From the NCBI GenBank assembly GCA_038204425.1, contig JBBRCZ010000008.1, forward strand, positions 64,001 to 128,000: DNA of 64,000 nucleotides. The letters are read 5' to 3'. The notes beneath the pieces are model-generated. The model had not been told where the DNA came from. It made no database searches and saw nothing but the letters and a program-made list of their open reading frames with translations. The stretch is from Spirochaetia bacterium (GTDB taxonomy: Bacteria > Spirochaetota > Spirochaetia > DSM-27196 > Salinispiraceae). Position numbers and translations under genes: made by a program. This document shows positions 9,636-18,714 of this stretch, piece by piece; positions within the stretch are counted from its first letter, which is position 1; every line of letters begins with the position of its first letter.

Positions 9636-10948
9636 ATGCCAGTTCCACCAATGTTAAGCGGAAGGTCCCTGTGAGTAAAGTGCTCTTTGCCACTTGAGTA
9701 GTCAGCAACTATTTGTCCGCTACCATACAATCTCCATTGATAAATCAAGAGCCCCTCCAAACCAACTGGTCCACGGGCATGAAGTTTTCCAGTCGAAACA
9801 CCCACCTCGGCCCCCAGTCCAAAACGAAATCCATCGGCAAAACGCGTGCTGGCGTTCCAAAAAACACTGGCACTGCCAACTGTTTGCATAAAATGCTGAG
9901 CCGATTTAGGGTCATCACTGACTATGCAGTCGGTGTGGTGACTTCCCCAGCGATTGATGTGTTCTATCGCGGCCGAAAGGTCGTCAACCACACGGATGGC
10001 CATAACGTAGTCTAGGTATTCTCTATCCCACTGCTCAACGGACATATACTCATGCTCTATCCCTGCAGCAAGCAGAATTTGATGGCTGCGCTGACAGGTA
10101 CGTAACTTAACCTTGTGGTCGATTAAGGCCTTTGCAATAATTGGCAAGATCCTATGCGACGCCTCTTGGTGGATAAGCAAGGTTTCAGCGGCGTTGCAAA
10201 CAGCAACGTACTGGCTTTTTGAGTCAACCACCAAGCGGCTGGCCATGCTTGGATCAGCATCTTTGTCGACAAAGATGTGACAAATACCGTCAGCGTGCCC
10301 CATTACCGGAATGCGACTTTCGCGCATTATGTGCTGCACAAAATCGTTGGAACCCCGCGGTATAACCAAGTCAACAAGATCATGCATGGTAAGCAGTTGA
10401 GCAACCTCTTCTCTTGTTTCTAGTTGCACCAACCAACCGGGGGCTAGACCAGCTTCCACAGCGGCATCATGTATTATTTGAGCCAGGAGACGATTGCTTT
10501 CTAAGGCTTCACTACCGCCTTTGAGAACCACTGCATTGCCCGACTTTATGCACAGACCAGCAATTTGCACCAAGGCATCTGGTCGTGACTCAAAAATCAT
10601 GGCTATCAAACCCAAAGGACACGATACTTGGTAAAGATTGAGATCCGTATCCAATTCTTTTGCACTTAGAATTTTGTTCAATGGGTCTTTGGACTCAATA
10701 AGCGCTTTTATTCCTTGCTCGAGTTCGGCAAGCTTGCCAGGTCCAAAATTTAGTCGCTTGAGCAATGCCTCGGAGAGCTTAGCTTGCCTTGAGCGTTCTA
10801 AATCGACTTGATTGGCAGCAAAAATCTGCGCTTGATTGTCTACTAGGCTTTGCAATACGGCCTCAAGAGCGCGATTTCTCACGTTAAGATCTAGGCTCGC
10901 GCAGATTATTGAGGCAGACTTTGCACGTGCAATTTTTTGTATCAACAT
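9632..10948 (-). CDS. proA: Gamma-glutamyl phosphate reductase
   Basis: PLGLIAMIFESRP, LKGGSEA, CNAAETLL, NASTRFADG..FGLGAEVGVST.KLHARGPVGL. Confidence 0.97.
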   Translation of the reverse strand: MLIQKIARAKSASIICASLDLNVRNRALEAVLQSLVDNQAQIFAANQVDLERSRQAKLSEALLKRLNFGPGKLAELEQGIKALIESKDPLNKILSAKELDTDLNLYQVSCPLGLIAMIFESRPDALVQIAGLCIKSGNAVVLKGGSEALESNRLLAQIIHDAAVEAGLAPGWLVQLETREEVAQLLTMHDLVDLVIPRGSNDFVQHIMRESRIPVMGHADGICHIFVDKDADPSMASRLVVDSKSQYVAVCNAAETLLIHQEASHRILPIIAKALIDHKVKLRTCQRSHQILLAAGIEHEYMSVEQWDREYLDYVMAIRVVDDLSAAIEHINRWGSHHTDCIVSDDPKSAQHFMQTVGSASVFWNASTRFADGFRFGLGAEVGVSTGKLHARGPVGLEGLLIYQWRLYGSGQIVADYSSGKEHFTHRDLPLNIGGTGI

Positions 10949-11132
10949 TATAGCTCCATGCTACCAAATGGCGGACATGCTGGGCAAGCTTCTTTTTCTC
11001 TTATCCAAAACGGCATTTTTGTCCAAAATCAGTTAACCTTTAATTTGTGTGCTATCAATGTGCTATGTGCTAGGCACCATTTACTGCGTGCGTTGCACCA
11101 TTTGTTAGGTACAGTACACTAAGGGGTTTCCA

Positions 11133-14100
11133 ATGAAGTTTAAACTAAAGATCATCTTTTTTGCCTTTTTAAGCGTACAAACGTTTGCTTCAATTTTTGC
11201 TGGTGGTTCTGCGGAGCAAAAACCAGCTCAAGCCAATGGACTAAGAAACTGGGATCACACGCTCGACATTAGTACTAAAAAGCCAGGGCTCTACAATATA
11301 GTTATCGAAGGTCGCGATAGGGCCGGAAACGTTACGGTGGCTGGCCCTTTTAATATCCACGTAGATCCCGAGTCTGACGTGCCCCATGTTCAGATAAATA
11401 ATCCACTTTCGCTACAACGCGTTGGCGGCAACCTTAACATAGTTGGCACCGCAGTTGACGATGACGGCATTGGCTATGTTGAACTAAGCCTAAATGGCGC
11501 TGAGCCGGTTCGTGCTCAAGGCAAAGAGTTTTGGTCACTTTACTTCTCAGTTGCTGAGATTGAGGATGGCGCCCATACGCTTTCGGCGATCGCCCATGAC
11601 ATCAACGGTGTGCCGTCAAAGCCAATCTCTGTTGTCTTTAATCTAGATAAACACAAGCCCAACAACCAGATTATTAGTCATCAAAATGGTGTCATAGTGA
11701 GCGGCAATCTTCGCTTTAGCGGTTTGGTGGAGGATGCAAACCAAGTAGCAAGTGTAGAACTTAGTGAAGACGGTGGAAAGCAATTTAAGGCGGTCTATTT
11801 TCAATCCGAGAAGAATGGACTTCAAGCACGTTTTGACTATGCGGTGGACACCAAAAAATTTCCGGATGGACCCAAGGTATTGTGGGTCAGAAGTCGCGAC
11901 AAAACAGGTTCAGTAAATGCCAGTGCTTTTTTGGTATTTGTTGATAACACCATCCCCGACTTGAGAGTAATTTACCCGGGTAAGGATGCACCCGTAAATG
12001 GTAAAGTGACCATTTTTGGGGCAGCAGCCGACGTGGTCGGTCTCAAGTCGCTTAGCTGGCGATGGGGGGATAAAAAAGCCGACATGGCGTTGGTTCCTGG
12101 CAACCCGTTCTTTTCTCAAGAGTTTGACCTCAGCAAACAAAGCAATGGCAATTTTAACGTTGTCTTTATCGCGCAAGATACCGCAGGCAATATCCGTGAG
12201 TTTAGCCATAGCCTAAAGATTGACAACGAAGGTGACTTGCCAGTGGCGAGTCTGCATAGTCCACAAGCCAAGTCGGTACACGACGACTACCTCGTGCTTA
12301 CGGCAAGCGCACGTGACGACGACGGCATTGCTGCCTTATGGTACCAGCTTGGCCAGAGTCCAGCTGTAAGATTAGAAGGCAACGGAAATTTTGTTCAAAG
12401 AATTGAATTAGGCAATGCCGGTCAACACACAATTGGCATCTGGGCCGAGGACATCTTTGGTGTCAAAGGCAAGCAAATCAGCCAAAGCTTTCAGTCCTGG
12501 GGCCCTAGCCCTATCATAGTCGTAGGCAAGGTGAATGCCAATCAGTTTTCGCCAGGAATGACACTAATTTCGAGTACCGACAATACTATTGAAGGCAGCA
12601 TAGCAAGCTTCAATGGTCTCAAGTCATTGCAGTTTTGGGTAAATGGGGCCAAAGCACAGAATGCTTCCTTCCAAAACACAGCCAAAATTGGTGAGCTGAG
12701 CTTTAAACTCGCTCTCGGCAAAGGACTGCCCTTTGGCATACTTAATGTCGAACTAGAAGCACTTGACAATGCCGCCAAGTCCAGCAAGAATCGGATCTTA
12801 CTCTTTGTTAGGGATGACTCAAAGATTCAGGACGAACCGAGCATTGTCTTTGAAGACAAGCGCATAGTCGGCGACAGAGTTCAATTTGACAGCGATAAAC
12901 CGCTAGACCTCTACTTTGCCGGCGGTACGGCAAAATCGGTTAGACTGCTTCCCGAAAGCAACCTATTAAAAGTTAATCTTGATGGCAACCATATAAGTTT
13001 GCTAGTGCTCAAAGCTGGCATTACGGTACCAAGCAAAGTTGTGCTGACTGATGTTCGCGGCCATAGTTTTGAAACTAACGCTTTTGTTTTTGCAACTGAT
13101 TATGTCGCACCCCAAGTCACTTTGGCAGCTCTCTCCGACAAGCCGTATAACAAAGCGCCAAGTATCAGCGGAAAGGCCACCGACAACCTAAAACTTGCGA
13201 AATTGCAGCTTAGCACAAGCAACGTTATCACGGTTCAAGAAATAGCGCTACCTGCCACGGCAGATGGAAGCTTTAAAATTGACCTACCGGCTTCGATCTG
13301 GGATGCAAATCCAGACGGTTTAGTTATAGTCAAGGTTACCGCAAGTGACGTAAGCGGCTTATCCAGTCAGCAAGAATTGACGCTTATCAAAGATACGACA
13401 CCGCCACTTATCAGAGCCGAGCTGGGTGGCAACGGCTTTGGCAGTTTATGGATAGTTTTTGGCACAGTCGAAGAATCGGGCCTTTTGCAAAACTTGAGCT
13501 ACGAACTTGATGGATCGAGTAACACGCTGGCCTTGCTGCCTGACTTTGCATTTTCGGTCACTGCAGACACAGCTCGCAGCCTCACTCTCAACGCCACTGA
13601 TGCTGCAGGCAACACAGGAACACTGAGCCTTGCCATAGGGCTTGCAAGTGGCACGGCAACGCCGCAAGCCCTGCTTGGCCCTGATGGCAAACCCTTGCCA
13701 GCTGCCAAACCAAATGCCAGGATTTTGTACCCAAAACCCGGCGCCACGTCGTCAAGCAGGCAATTTGTGATAGCACTAGACAACAGTCTTAGCATTGACG
13801 CCTTGTCTGCAAAAATTGGCGGCAAAGTGACTGAGATCAATTATTTGGCCGGATCAGGAATTGCTTATGGCAAACTTGAGCCACTTAAGCCAGGCACGAA
13901 AGAACTAAACTTAGAACTTGGCTTTTTGGTGGCCGGCAAGCAAGAGGTCAATAACTCCTTGCGGCTGAGTTTTGACGCTGAGCTGACGCGGCCAAAACTT
14001 GAGGTACAAGTCAACAGCGGCAACGTTAGCGCATCCAATGCACGACTAAGTGGCGCTGTGATCGATAGCGATGGTGCTAGTGAGCTTCGTTATCAAGTTG

Positions 14101-17100
14101 ACAACAGTGCGCAAGTACTACAAAAATTGACAGACAACTTGTTTAGCTTGGATTTTTCGACCCTCAAGCCTGGCAAACATACAGTCAAACTCTTTGCACT
14201 TGATTCGCTTGGCAATCAATCTCAAACGGTTGACTACGGTCTAACCATAGACGATCAAGCAAGTCAGATTATTGTGCAGTCTGTCCGTACCAAATCAGCG
14301 GTCCAAGATTATCGCAATGGTATTAATCTTACTTTGGACGATCAAACAGCGCTTGTCGGTCAGATTATTGGCACTGCCGCCATTAAAGAAGCCAAAATCT
14401 CCTTAAACAATCAGGCCGAACAAAGCCTGGCACTACGCGAGCAAAATGGCGTGCGCAGTTTTGAGTTTAAGATTCCGCGCGAGACCAGTTTGGGCAAACA
14501 GATCTGGAAGCTCACGGCCCGCAGCGAAAACGGCCAAACGAGCCTTGCAAGTGGTGTCTTTTATGTGCTCGCAGCGCCAAACAGCAGCATGGACTACGCC
14601 GATGGGCTTAGATTTGCAGACCCTGCAGTTGCAGCTGGGGAAGCTATGATCGTTTCAAACGACAAGCCGCTGGGTGCCTATCTGATTGGCAGGCCAATAA
14701 AGGAACTCATATTTAGTCCACCGGCTGCTCATTTGAGTGCCAGCTTTGAAGGTCGAGCCATCAAAATTGGCGCTCAAGAACAAGGACCTCGCTACAAGGG
14801 AATCCTTACGGCCGTAAGCTTAGATGGCGACCGCTACTCATCTCCAGTGCTCGACATAATTACCGACTCAACGGCTCCCGAGATCACTTTAGAAATGAAC
14901 GATGTGCAAACTTGGTTTAAGCAAACAGTGAGCATAAAAGGCACTATTCGAGACAACATCGCTAGCGACAAAGTATCCTGGACCACGCTGCTGCCCGGAG
15001 AACTGCTGGCCGAAAAACAATTTATCGATGCCAAAATTGCTGCTGCCAGCGCCAACACCGGTGTCCAAACATTTACTGTCGACGAGCTGGGCCAGAACCT
15101 CAGCGATGGCCTGTTCTATCTGGTGATTAAGGCTAGCGATACGAGCGGCAATCAAAGCCTGACGTATCGAGCTCTCCATAAATACAGCCAGCCGCCACTT
15201 GTTCAATTTCTTACCCCTCCAGTTGAGGAAATTGTAAACGGTTACCTCTTGCTGGGCGGCATTGTGCAAACGGTCAGCGTGCTCAAAGAGCTCGCCTGGA
15301 CAGCTGATGGAACAACATTTAACGAGCTCAATCTCGCCAATGACTTTAGCTTTTTCCTCGACACCCAAAAGAACCCTTTGCCACGTTGGGCAGTGCGTGC
15401 CCGAGACCTTGTTGGCAATGAGGTTTTGCTGGTACCGCAACTCAAACTTGATCCGCAAAAAGACTTGCCGGTAATAGAAATCCAAACACCGCCGCCAAGC
15501 GAAGTTCAGAGAAACAACTTTCCAATTGCAGGCATGGTCTTTGATGACGATGGTGTCAAGGCAATCTACTATCGCATTGACCACAAGGTGCTAACGACGA
15601 CCTCCATCAGTGCCAACGCCACCAGGGCAAGTTCCAGCACTACAAGCAGCACTGTCGCACCACGCGGTCGTGCAACGACAGCAACTAGTACTACCACCAC
15701 AATTGCTAAAGTAGAGGCTCTAACGCCCGCCATTGACTTGTCGACTTTTGTCAGACTAGAAGGCGCATCTAGCTTTAGTATTCCTATCGACATAGTGGCA
15801 ACAGGTGACAATCAGCATGTTATTGAGATGGTGGCCGAAGACATCAACGGTGTCTTAAGTCCCTTGATAAGTTCCACCTTCCGCATTAGTACCGCAGAGC
15901 CTCAAAACGCTGTTTTAGCTCCTTCAAATGAGTCAAGCAACCGCCGCATAGTTGCGGTCAATGGCAAAGCATCCGACAAGAACGGTATCAAGGAAGTCAG
16001 GCTATCTTTTGACAACGGCAATTCTTGGCATCGCGCCACAGGAACCGAGAATTGGAACTACCAGTTTGACACGCGGACGCTTAAGGATGGTACCTACGCT
16101 ATCTATATAAAAACCATCGACATGTACGAAACCGAGGGCGACTATACAACTTTGATTAACATTGACAACACGCCACCGAGCTTGATCTTAGACGATCCTG
16201 TCGATGGCCTAGTTAAAAAAGGTAAGCTCTATCTATCGGGTCGTGTGGATGATCAAATTGGCGTTAGCAAGATTATGCTCGATATCATCCCGGCCGATGC
16301 TGTGGCCAGCAATAAAAGCGTCCTATCCCAGACCTTGGCGCTAGAAACAGTCATTCAAAGCACCATAGATGTTGGCACATTGAGTCCTGGCTGGTACACC
16401 GTCAGACTTAGCGCCTTCGATAGGTCTGACAATGTCGGTTATATCAGTCGTGATATACAGATAGCCGATGCCAATATCCCCAGCAGAGCCGAGCTAGTTT
16501 ATCCACGAGAAAACGAAATTTTGTCAGGGTTTTTTACGCTCTCAGGTCAAGTCAAAGCCGAGGAACTGCCAAAACAAGTCGGACTCTATCTGGATGACAC
16601 CCTGTTGAGTCTCTTAGAAGTCAGCCCAGAAGGCTGGTTCCATAGTGAGTTTTCGCCCGAAATGCTTGAGGATGGCAAACATAACTTTACCATCAAACGC
16701 GCCAGTGAAAATGAGCAAGTCTTGCAAAACGTTGAAAGAACCATCAGCTACGCACAATCGGGACCATGGATTCGTTTTACGTCACAGAATCCTGGCGACT
16801 ATGTAAGCAAGCGCCCTTGGCTAGAAGGTAAAGCCGGTTACTTATTAAGCGAAGTCAAACCAAGTGAAGAAGGTCCAGAACTTGAAGTATGGCGTCAGAA
16901 AAATGAAGACAGTCAACTTGTTTCGATAGAATTATCTTTTGACAATGGCAAGACCTTTAGTCAAGTTGCCAATTCTGTGCAATGGCGTGCGCGACTAGAG
17001 ACTCAAAACTTTGCGACAGGGCCTATTTTTATTCTTGCGCGAGCAAAGTTTAAGGGCGGCAAAGTTGCCACTAGCCACATTGCACTAATAATTGACGAAA

Positions 17101-17729
17101 AGTCGCCTGAAGTCACCCTGCTCTTCCCTGGTGAAGAAGGACGATTTAACGGTGACATTCCGCTGCGCGGCACTGCAAATGACAACTTTGACCTAGAAGC
17201 CATAAATGTAACCCTGCGCGAAGGCGATAAGGCTGGATATGAAGTGCCAAGTGGCCTACAAGGCATGTATGTGGAAGCGGTGGTAGGCGGGCTAACAATA
17301 TGGGAAGTGGGCGTTGGCCTGACCTTCTTTGATGAGAACGTAAAATTGCAGACGGTCTTTGGATTTGCACCAGCTGGTCAGCGATTTGACGGTTACGTAA
17401 TGGGCGCCAAGCTGATTGCCAACGTACTCAAGCTACCGGGTGCCTTCCTCTTTGGGCCAGACCTGGACTTTTTCAGCATGAGCTTGGGTGTAGGTGCGCA
17501 GTTTAACTACGCCACTATGTCAGGCTCCGAGCTAGCTTTTGGCGACAACGGCGTGGTATTGGGAGCGGCCATAGTTCAACTGGAACTTGCGCGTTTGTTC
17601 TTTGAAGACTTACCGTTTTTGCGCACCTACGGCTTGTACATGGAGGGTCAGTTCTGGTTCGTCTCGTCAGATGTTTTGGCCGAGGTAATACCAAAATTAG
17701 CATTTGGCCTACGTGTTGGGCTCTTTTAA
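11133..17729 (+). CDS. Giant (2198 aa) exported Ig-like-repeat protein with C-terminal beta-barrel-like segment
   Basis: Signal peptide (ASIFAGG); many ~90-aa modules ending in A.D..GN / D..PP; last ~150 aa are alternating hydrophobic strands ending LRVGLF. Confidence 0.8.
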   Translation: MKFKLKIIFFAFLSVQTFASIFAGGSAEQKPAQANGLRNWDHTLDISTKKPGLYNIVIEGRDRAGNVTVAGPFNIHVDPESDVPHVQINNPLSLQRVGGNLNIVGTAVDDDGIGYVELSLNGAEPVRAQGKEFWSLYFSVAEIEDGAHTLSAIAHDINGVPSKPISVVFNLDKHKPNNQIISHQNGVIVSGNLRFSGLVEDANQVASVELSEDGGKQFKAVYFQSEKNGLQARFDYAVDTKKFPDGPKVLWVRSRDKTGSVNASAFLVFVDNTIPDLRVIYPGKDAPVNGKVTIFGAAADVVGLKSLSWRWGDKKADMALVPGNPFFSQEFDLSKQSNGNFNVVFIAQDTAGNIREFSHSLKIDNEGDLPVASLHSPQAKSVHDDYLVLTASARDDDGIAALWYQLGQSPAVRLEGNGNFVQRIELGNAGQHTIGIWAEDIFGVKGKQISQSFQSWGPSPIIVVGKVNANQFSPGMTLISSTDNTIEGSIASFNGLKSLQFWVNGAKAQNASFQNTAKIGELSFKLALGKGLPFGILNVELEALDNAAKSSKNRILLFVRDDSKIQDEPSIVFEDKRIVGDRVQFDSDKPLDLYFAGGTAKSVRLLPESNLLKVNLDGNHISLLVLKAGITVPSKVVLTDVRGHSFETNAFVFATDYVAPQVTLAALSDKPYNKAPSISGKATDNLKLAKLQLSTSNVITVQEIALPATADGSFKIDLPASIWDANPDGLVIVKVTASDVSGLSSQQELTLIKDTTPPLIRAELGGNGFGSLWIVFGTVEESGLLQNLSYELDGSSNTLALLPDFAFSVTADTARSLTLNATDAAGNTGTLSLAIGLASGTATPQALLGPDGKPLPAAKPNARILYPKPGATSSSRQFVIALDNSLSIDALSAKIGGKVTEINYLAGSGIAYGKLEPLKPGTKELNLELGFLVAGKQEVNNSLRLSFDAELTRPKLEVQVNSGNVSASNARLSGAVIDSDGASELRYQVDNSAQVLQKLTDNLFSLDFSTLKPGKHTVKLFALDSLGNQSQTVDYGLTIDDQASQIIVQSVRTKSAVQDYRNGINLTLDDQTALVGQIIGTAAIKEAKISLNNQAEQSLALREQNGVRSFEFKIPRETSLGKQIWKLTARSENGQTSLASGVFYVLAAPNSSMDYADGLRFADPAVAAGEAMIVSNDKPLGAYLIGRPIKELIFSPPAAHLSASFEGRAIKIGAQEQGPRYKGILTAVSLDGDRYSSPVLDIITDSTAPEITLEMNDVQTWFKQTVSIKGTIRDNIASDKVSWTTLLPGELLAEKQFIDAKIAAASANTGVQTFTVDELGQNLSDGLFYLVIKASDTSGNQSLTYRALHKYSQPPLVQFLTPPVEEIVNGYLLLGGIVQTVSVLKELAWTADGTTFNELNLANDFSFFLDTQKNPLPRWAVRARDLVGNEVLLVPQLKLDPQKDLPVIEIQTPPPSEVQRNNFPIAGMVFDDDGVKAIYYRIDHKVLTTTSISANATRASSSTTSSTVAPRGRATTATSTTTTIAKVEALTPAIDLSTFVRLEGASSFSIPIDIVATGDNQHVIEMVAEDINGVLSPLISSTFRISTAEPQNAVLAPSNESSNRRIVAVNGKASDKNGIKEVRLSFDNGNSWHRATGTENWNYQFDTRTLKDGTYAIYIKTIDMYETEGDYTTLINIDNTPPSLILDDPVDGLVKKGKLYLSGRVDDQIGVSKIMLDIIPADAVASNKSVLSQTLALETVIQSTIDVGTLSPGWYTVRLSAFDRSDNVGYISRDIQIADANIPSRAELVYPRENEILSGFFTLSGQVKAEELPKQVGLYLDDTLLSLLEVSPEGWFHSEFSPEMLEDGKHNFTIKRASENEQVLQNVERTISYAQSGPWIRFTSQNPGDYVSKRPWLEGKAGYLLSEVKPSEEGPELEVWRQKNEDSQLVSIELSFDNGKTFSQVANSVQWRARLETQNFATGPIFILARAKFKGGKVATSHIALIIDEKSPEVTLLFPGEEGRFNGDIPLRGTANDNFDLEAINVTLREGDKAGYEVPSGLQGMYVEAVVGGLTIWEVGVGLTFFDENVKLQTVFGFAPAGQRFDGYVMGAKLIANVLKLPGAFLFGPDLDFFSMSLGVGAQFNYATMSGSELAFGDNGVVLGAAIVQLELARLFFEDLPFLRTYGLYMEGQFWFVSSDVLAEVIPKLAFGLRVGLF

Positions 17730-17770
17730 ATACTAGCTTCGCTGGGTCAATTATTGGCCCAGCGATCACT

Positions 17771-18586
17771 TTACTGTTGAGTTTTTTTGGCTAGCTGAGA
17801 TTTTTCGGCTAGTTTGGCCTCATCCCAGAGTTGATCCATAAGCGTAAAGCTATCTTTGTCCATACTTACTTGCTTGACCTTCATAGCTTCTTCGACATAA
17901 CGAAAGCGTCGATCAAATTTGCTTATGGTTCTCTGTAAGGCCAACGAGGGATCTTTGCCAAGCGCGCGGACAACATTGATGACCGAAAACAAAACATCGC
18001 CCAGCTCGTCTTCCAGTGCGTCGCTATCCATAGCAATGCTGGCTTCTCGTGCTTCTGCCAACTCCTCCGCCACCTTGTCCCAAACCTTGCCGGTATCCTG
18101 CCAATCAAAACCAACTTTAGCGGCTTTTTTTTGCATCTTGTAGGCTCTCTCTAGTGGCGGTAGTGACTGAGAAACTTCGTCCATCAATGAGTCTTTCTTA
18201 CGTCGACCCTCAATATTTACCTTTATATCATTCCACTGCTGAACAACTTCCTGAGCATTGTCAACTTTGCTAGTGCCAAACACATGCGGGTGACGCCTAA
18301 TCAACTTCTGGTTGAGGTCGCTGAGTGTATCAGCTAAGCTAAAGTCAGCCTGCTGTTCATAAATATAAGTAAGCAAAGTAATTACCAAAAAAACATCTCC
18401 AAGTTCTTCCCTAACATGGTTGCTATCCTGGCTATTGATGGCTTCAACACATTCGTAAGCCTCTTCTATAAGATTGGCGCGTAAACTTTGCGGACTCTGT
18501 TCTTTGTCCCATGGGCAGCCCTCAGGCGAGCGTAAGCGTTTAATGATCTCGTATAATTCGCCAAAAGGCTCGGCTGGATTTTTCAT
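17771..18586 (-). CDS. mazG: Nucleoside triphosphate pyrophosphohydrolase MazG
   Basis: LRSPEGCPWDKEQ, EEAYE, EELGD, KLIRRHPHVFG, second domain ELGDVLFS; start trimmed to ATG 18586. Confidence 0.96.
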   Translation of the reverse strand: MKNPAEPFGELYEIIKRLRSPEGCPWDKEQSPQSLRANLIEEAYECVEAINSQDSNHVREELGDVFLVITLLTYIYEQQADFSLADTLSDLNQKLIRRHPHVFGTSKVDNAQEVVQQWNDIKVNIEGRRKKDSLMDEVSQSLPPLERAYKMQKKAAKVGFDWQDTGKVWDKVAEELAEAREASIAMDSDALEDELGDVLFSVINVVRALGKDPSLALQRTISKFDRRFRYVEEAMKVKQVSMDKDSFTLMDQLWDEAKLAEKSQLAKKTQQ

Positions 18587-18597
18587 AGCGCCACTGT

Positions 18598-18643
18598 AAC
18601 CCGCAAGGAAGCAAACCGCAACCCGCAAGGAAGCAAACCGCAA
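18598..18643. repeat. Perfect tandem duplication of a 22-bp unit in the divergent mazG / 880-aa gene spacer
   Basis: AACCCGCAAGGAAGCAAACCGC x2, at 18598-18619 and 18620-18641. Confidence 0.9.
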
Positions 18644-18714
18644 GTTACCATTGCATCTAAGGCTTGTTCTTGCCTATAAATAAGATAGACTACGGTAAAC
18701 CGAGGAAATAAACA

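Noticed and set aside
14889..15584. 231-aa antisense ORF within the giant Ig gene, and many similar antisense or alternate-frame ORFs
   Set aside because: Fully nested opposite a well-supported CDS, with no recognisable motifs or RBS.
18598..18643. Possible mini-CRISPR array
   Set aside because: Only two adjacent copies with no spacer, and no cas genes in the window.
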